NCBI RefSeq assembly: GCF_964204645.1
Contig: NC_134036.1
Span: forward strand, 8,160,812 to 8,224,811
Length of the DNA stretch: 64,000 nucleotides
Reading direction: 5' to 3'
Source: Tubulanus polymorphus
Taxonomy: Eukaryota; Animalia; Nemertea
Under the pieces are notes generated by a model. It had not been told where the DNA came from, ran no database searches, and saw nothing but the letters and a program-made list of their open reading frames with translations. The position numbers were made by a program, and so were the translations under genes. Shown here piece after piece: positions 57,524-64,000 of this stretch; position 1 is the first letter of the stretch, and the number at the start of each line of letters is the position of its first letter.

Positions 57524-57895
57524 GACCTCACAAAACACTAACAAACTTCGTTTTTCAAACTAAAATCAAAACTTTTATTTTATATGACACTTACTAGTGA
57601 TATGACAGTTATATATCCTATTATTCCATCCGACTGTGAGACACTATCAATTTGTGAAACGTCTTTAGTAATATAAAAGAAAAGGTAGTTGACGATGCGT
57701 GAGCGTATAGGAAAAACTTTACAGGCGTTGAGACGGCAACGCTAGGTCACACGGCACCTGCTACAAGTATTCCCCTTCTATATTCAAATAAAGCGGGATT
57801 TCGTTATGACGTCACTCAGCGGTTGAACAACGTTCGGCGACCTAGTGTTGCCGTTTCAGATTGAAAAACGAAGTTTGTTAGTGTTTTGTGAGGTC
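57524..57895. mobile_element. MITE-like element with ~40-bp TIRs
   Basis: gacctcacaaaacactaacaaacttcgtttttcaa ... ttgaaaaacgaagtttgttagtgttttgtgaggtc. Confidence 0.7.
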
Positions 57896-58424
57896 CTACG
57901 TAGGCAATTAATCTATCAACATTGAGACCGCATCTACGAGATCTGTGTATGTTACCATTAATAAACCTATAAATAATTTAATATATGCTGCATCGTAAAA
58001 TGGATATAAAAACAATGATTTATTTTGACTACACTCTTTCACTGGTCGTATCAGGACGAAACAGAGTAATGTTTTTATTTGGGTTTTTAATGCGTCTCGT
58101 GCATCTAAATAGTGATAAATCCGAGTGTGGTGTATCTAGAAGTGTTAATACAAGTTGTTAAATGATATTAAAGATTATATATAAGATGGTATGTTTTTTT
58201 AACTCCGTTCTATTTGTGAAGAGAAAGCTGTTTCTTAGTTGCTTATCCGTGCTGATTCCTTGGTTCTAAAAAAAACATTCTATCGGTTCTAGACGGCGGT
58301 TTCTATCAAAATAATTTTTAAGGAACCGCGGTACATGCGCATCTAATTTAAAAGATTTTTCCCCAGACCCCCTACTTGGATTTGTGCACCTCCTCCATGG
58401 AATCCTGGATCCGCCGCTGCGACG

Positions 58425-61400
58425 TGTATTGGAGAGGCGTCGTAAAACTCCTCGATTGGTGAGAGGGGCTATATTCTTAAACAGCATTTTCCAAGTTGAA
58501 AATCTTTGAATTTCCTTATGCCATCAACTATCCCAACATTCGACCCCTGGATCGGTCTCATATATTATGCTCGGTGTGTGTGTCAATGCGAGTTGGTTCG
58601 AATCCCACGCTGTTTCTTGGGCCCAATGTTTCTTCTAGTTTTTGTTGTTCTTCTCGAAAAGAAGAACCCGACCGGTGGCGCACAGGGTGCGTTTAACCTT
58701 GATTTATAAAAAAAATATTACACCGCAGAAACAAAGTGTATTCTATTCACTTTGGATTTAATCTAGCTCACCTGACCCCGCAGATGATTGATTTTGAATG
58801 TATGTATCGCCGCCAATTTCGAGAATGTTCACAAATCTTCAAGCGAAACGAGACGACAATGAGAGCCAGCGCGACACTGTTCCGGAGATAAGACATGCCG
58901 ATCGATACACTACATGGGAAGATTCAAATTATGTATCGGATGTAGCCATTCCAGCTGGAAGTGGACGAAAGGTCAATCCTCGTATAGGCATTATGTCTGC
59001 TCAAAAACAGGTAGGTCGTCACACCGACAACGCGCTTATTACTTACTCATCAATGGATCATACTCCAGATCTGGGGCCGGTTGCATATAGTCATGGCTTA
59101 TATTCAAGACTTATATTCAGCCGACCGACTTAGTTCTATAGCCAATCTAACACCTTAAGATTTGAGACCACTTTTGGACGACTGTACGATTCGCGCAATA
59201 TGATGTGATGTCGTGTACTGTGGCCCTGTTGATTGGTTGATAAGATCTCCTATTCCGGTCTGCAGCCGTTATGATAAGTTTGATGATATTTTTAGGTTTG
59301 GTTAAAGGTTCCTGGTTTGCCTCATCAACAGCGATTAGTGACAGAAGACAGACGGTAGAGTGCGCTGCTAGATGCGGTTCTTACGGCAACTGTAGATCTA
59401 TTCCGAGCTTTTGTAACTAGGAATGAATAAGATCCCTTAGATAAAAACACTTTCGGTCCAGTAGCAAAAATAAGCTTAAGACCAGTCTAAGCGCATTTTG
59501 GTTCTACAACCAAATATGATACCGGTAACCTAAAACCAGACGTATTTGTCAATACGTTTTCTAGGGCCCGGACCAAAGTTTTACCGATAATGAGTTAATG
59601 AAAATCCACATCCGGTTTTCTAAGACAGGAAATAAATAACAGTTAATAGAATTCTTATCACTTTTGTTATTGTTGCCTTTGAGCTAATGTTGAACTAGTA
59701 TCCGTATACAGAACTTGATTAAGTATCGAAGAAGGGAATTGGGCGACAGAACTGGATGAACAGGAACATGGTGCAGAGAGGAGGTACACGTGAAGGGCTT
59801 GGCTTTCATTGGAGTTATTGGGGTGATAAATTAGTAGTTTGCATAGAGGGAGGGAAGCCAGAGTTCAGGGCAGTGGCTGAAGTTAGTAAACAACCTACGT
59901 AGATGCTTACGTCGCACATAAGACACTGAATAGAAGATAGGTGAAAGTGACGTGAGTATCTGCGTAGGGTTGCTGGTTATAGCGGCAGCCTTGAGCTCTG
60001 GTATGGCTAGGAAGTAAACAAGTAATAAACTGGTGACGTATAACATATGTAGAAGTATACGTCACGAGTAACATGAAATAAGATAAAAAGGGAGGGTCAG
60101 CACAGTAAGGGGGAGAGAGATGCTAGAGTGGCGGAGAAGCCTAAAAATACGAGCTGTAGGAAGGAAAAAGAATTGTGCGGGAAAATAAAGAAAGAACGTA
60201 GACCCACGAGAAGAGTCTTTATTATTCCGGAGTCAGAGGGATATCACTTATCGGATTAATCGGAACCAACAACGACAACACGAGGGGAGAACGCAACGTG
60301 GCCCCCACAACAATTGGTTGAGAAACTCAACCCCACAACAGAGTAAGTAATCACGCTGAAGGCTATATCCGAATTCCCGCCCATCCATTAACCCGGCATT
60401 ATTAGAAGTGAATCGGAAAAGGCGCAGTATCCATGACGATGAGCGTCGAATTTGTTTTTTGTTCTAAGCCTTTTTAGATCATTGATAAAAAAGACAGTCA
60501 CTTCACTAGTCACTTCTAGTGGAATAGGGTTGACCCGCTCCCTCTCACTCCCTAGATCCGTCCCTAGGACATAATTTTGTCACACATCACAAAACGACGA
60601 GGCGGGAGGGAGAGGGGGGGGGGGGTTATAGCCCAACGGGTACAGATTATTACTGTGTCCATCCTGTTTTTTAATCCGCTCTTTACAGATCAGATTAATC
60701 TCCATTTTACCCCCGTTTAATTTCATATTAAATTTTTGAATAATTAAATTGCGACGGATTTGTCGTGAATCGTGTGTGTGTTTGTGTGTCCTACGGTCGT
60801 GTTGTTTTTATATTCATGTCTCACACGATGCCTGAAGCCGTTTTCAGCTTTCGACGTTTTTCCGCACAAAATCGGAACGAACGTCGTTTTAAAAAGTACG
60901 TTAAAACTTGCACGAATCAGCTTATTATCTATATATCGATAGAACTGTTTTATAACGTGGTTTCTAACTCGTGGCAATTTCGCGCAACAACTCATTTTTG
61001 CACGACCCGAAACTCTGGGATATGATGAAGCATGGTACAACACGTTTCATGACGATATTCAATTTTTTATTACACGCACTTTAACGAATGATTCCAATCT
61101 GGTTTTAATATAAATGTTGATTTCATGTAAAAACTGTTGACTGCCCAAGTCGAATCTTTTGGGACCGTTAAAATGTGTCCAACGTGAGAGGGATATCCGA
61201 GTTGGATATTATGTACCCTTTAAAACAGTGTCACAAAAATATTTCAAACATCCGCATTGAAAGGTTATCTCCGAGTTGAACGGTTCCGACTCGGGCGGAG
61301 TCTACAGTAGAAATATTATGCAAATGAGGACAACGTCGTTGTATTTCTTTCACAGACGAACTTCAGAGGTTATTCTAGTATATTCATCCCCATTGCGCAT

Positions 61401-62527
61401 TGTTTTAATAATGCAAAGCCTTTTCGATCAGATATTAGAAACAGGTTTTATGCAAATGAATAATGAATACGCCTGCGTTCATTAGATATTCAATCTTATA
61501 CAGCGTTTAATTCTTTATTAATTCAAGTGCCCAGTTGGAAAGAAAATGATAATTATTATTTACATGATGAGAGAGCTGCGGACGAGCAGAGAATTAGTGA
61601 ACGGGAAAATAAATGCCTTCTGTTTGGGCCAGAAAATGATACCTACGCAGCGGCCGGGTCACTTTGTAAACTGAATCAGTTCATTTCTTTAGCTGTCGTT
61701 TAGCTATCGTACTGGTATGGTCACAGAAAGTTATGTTTAGAGTAGATAGGCGGTCAACTTTTGCGTTCAGCAGACGGAGAAACAGATAGAAACAAGGTAT
61801 CCATTTGTTTGCCTTAGGGTAAATAGGGTGAATTTATATGAAGTACCAGTATTACCGTTTACCCGACGAAGCGCTTGTAGCGAAAAATCGTGCTTAAGAC
61901 AAATTTAGTTCTTATCATTCAAGATAATATTTGTCTTCTCTTTCGTATGAGCTTTCAGTTTTCCTGCCGCCACTGCCGCTGCTGCAAATATGTATGAAAT
62001 TCACGTCACTGCCGAGGGCGATATAAACTTTGATTGCGCATTGGTGTGCACCAAAAACCCGCTGGAAATGGTGAACAAATTCGCAGACGACGCCACAGCC
62101 TGCGGTTTATATCAGGTACGCATAAAAATAGAAGAACCATTTCACACGAATAAAAACGAGCGTTTAACTAGTTATCAGTATTACGAGTTTCACAACACAC
62201 TACGAAGCGAATCGGATCGGATTTTGATGGCTTCGAAACGGATCGGAAACTCGGTCGTCTGGCGCATTCCGTGCTGAAGAAAACAGTGTCCAGACTGTAC
62301 TTCGACAGGGAAAAGGAAAGACCCGAACGCGACGAATCCTGACTGAGAACTGAACTTTATTATAAACTCGAAAAACACGAACACTAAATCACATGATAAA
62401 ACCGGTTTAACAATATCACTCAGAATGCATTTATATCATTGGTTCAATTTCCCGTCAATAAATATCACATGATTGAACACAACTCACAGAAAACAAATTC
62501 ACGTGAGAATCGTGACACTGAGACAAG
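58425..62527 (-). repeat. Right arm of the inverted segmental duplication (partner 2352-5903)
   Basis: Reverse-complement colinearity; extra segments at ~59310-59420 and 59816-60340. Confidence 0.95.
59816..60340 (-). mobile_element. Solo LTR (525 bp) with GAGT TSD
   Basis: Absent from the left arm; flanked by gagt...gagt; minus-strand ends tgttgtgggg...ccccaata; internal AATAAA on the minus strand. Confidence 0.75.
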
Positions 62528-63505
62528 CGTGTGTGCCTTGTAAACCGTCGCCCCTTAGTGACCACACTTCAACCCAACGGACATGTATCAACCACAATTA
62601 ACAAAAAATAGAATAATAGAAAAAATAAATAGAAATAAATAAATAAAATATAGCTACATAGCATCGATAACGGGTTTCTGCGAATGGGAAGCGTACGAAG
62701 ATTTCATCGTAATAAATCTAGCCCATGAGATATGACTATTGCCAAGAAGCGCAACCTAATGCAACATTAAGGCTGGCTTAGGTCGACAAGCAACGCGACG
62801 CCTACCGACCCAACTGGGTTTATCGCCGATTAGCGGCAACTAGCGGCCTACGAGAGGTCGCCAGTTGCTGCTCTATCGCGGTTCGACATAAGCCGGCTTG
62901 CGACGACAATCCGACGCCTACCGACTCGTCGCAAGCCGTATCCGGCTAGTTGCCCATGTTCTACTCCGGCCTACGGTAGGCGGACAGTTGCTTTCGATCG
63001 CAACCGACATAAGCTCATCTTATGATCATTGTAATGATTTGCGATTATTTGGTGTTAATGATTACGAATTTTTTGTATTAATCTAAATATTTTTTTGTCT
63101 TAACCATCGAAATTTTTTGGAGTAGATCATAACGATTTTTTGATAAAAGTGACTGATTCATTCATTTTGATAATCGAGAATTGAGTAAATGTAGGAAGAT
63201 TATCTATTATACGTTCTACATTTCAAGGTGATATAGTTCTTCGCATAATTGTAATCATAATCATAAATAATTGTTGCGGCTACTTATTACGATTTTTTGA
63301 GTTAATCATTAATATATTTGGGGTTCGTTTTTACGAGTTTGTGGGTGAAATCGATTCGCAAATTTTCTAAGAAAAAAAAATTTACTGATCTTTTACGTAT
63401 CTGAAGCCAATATTTGTTTTTTTTGTTATATCAAATCTACTCCTTTGCTACCTGGAAAACCACCCCTTAAGGCATTCACCGTTGCGGTATTGAATAATGT
63501 CTTGG

Positions 63506-63725
63506 AAAGTGTGCTGATAAAATGTCTAATGCCTGGTGTTTGTAATTGGTTTTCGATTAAGAATGTCTCAAGTGAAGCACTGAACACGTTTGAAGTGTGG
63601 ACGATCAATTTTTGAAAGTGTGCTGATTAAATGTCTAATGTCTGGTGTTTGTAGTTTATTTTTGATTAAAAAAATGTCTCAGCCGAGGCACTTGAACACA
63701 TCTGGAACGTGGACAATCAGTTTTT
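63506..63725. repeat. Tandem duplication, ~108-bp unit
   Basis: gaaagtgtgctgat.aaatgtctaatg.ctggtgtttgta... occurs twice. Confidence 0.8.
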
Positions 63726-64000
63726 CTCCGGTAAAGTACTGAACACAAAACAATAAATAGTAGCACGATGTACTTCACGTATTATTAGAATGACCATCCA
63801 GGCGACGGATTGTGATAATAATTCATCTATATTTTAATTCAGGATAAAGAATATCATTATATATAAATATATCTTTGTGTCATTGTCATTTCTCGTGGTT
63901 TTGGTGTAACTACGTTTGATGGTTTTCATAGGTGGATTCATATTCAGGCAGTTGTATTTTCTGGTTGGGGCGAATCGACGCACCATCCTTTCCATTGCCA

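Noticed and set aside
2352-62527. Single giant transposon bounded by 3.5-kb TIRs
   Set aside because: No TSD, no cognate transposase inside, arms ~10% diverged and made of gene-like debris; kept only as an inverted duplication.

Overview
Eukaryotic, most likely invertebrate, genomic DNA dominated by mobile elements and gene debris; no intact conserved host gene is evident. (1) Best candidate for an undescribed system: an AT-rich (about 20% GC in sampled lines) element at 22493-30144. It has ~3.2-kb inverted arms, each capped by a 195-nt imperfect hairpin. It encodes a C2H2 zinc-finger protein, a ~750-aa protein with Rep_trans-like (pT181 RepC / phage CRI type) rolling-circle initiator motifs, a small membrane protein and a second zinc-finger protein. 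A diverged Rep-less relative at 30463-32812 keeps a covarying hairpin and the same terminal palindrome array. (2) A young, apparently intact 15,030-bp Ty3/gypsy element (41834-56863; 1265-bp LTRs, ATAT TSD, tRNA-Phe PBS). It combines an F-type env, an integrase chromodomain, a -1 frameshift signal, three accessory ORFs (one with PxDLS motifs) and a phased array of B-box-like motifs. (3) A CR1/L2-group LINE whose ORF1 joins zinc knuckles to an SGNH esterase, a decayed L2, a tRNA-SINE, a DIRS/Ngaro-type fragment, an EnSpm end and several MITEs. (4) A ~3.5-kb inverted duplication bracketing the window, plus roquin, WSC and PAN pseudogene fragments. All family calls come from motif recognition by eye; no database search was run.
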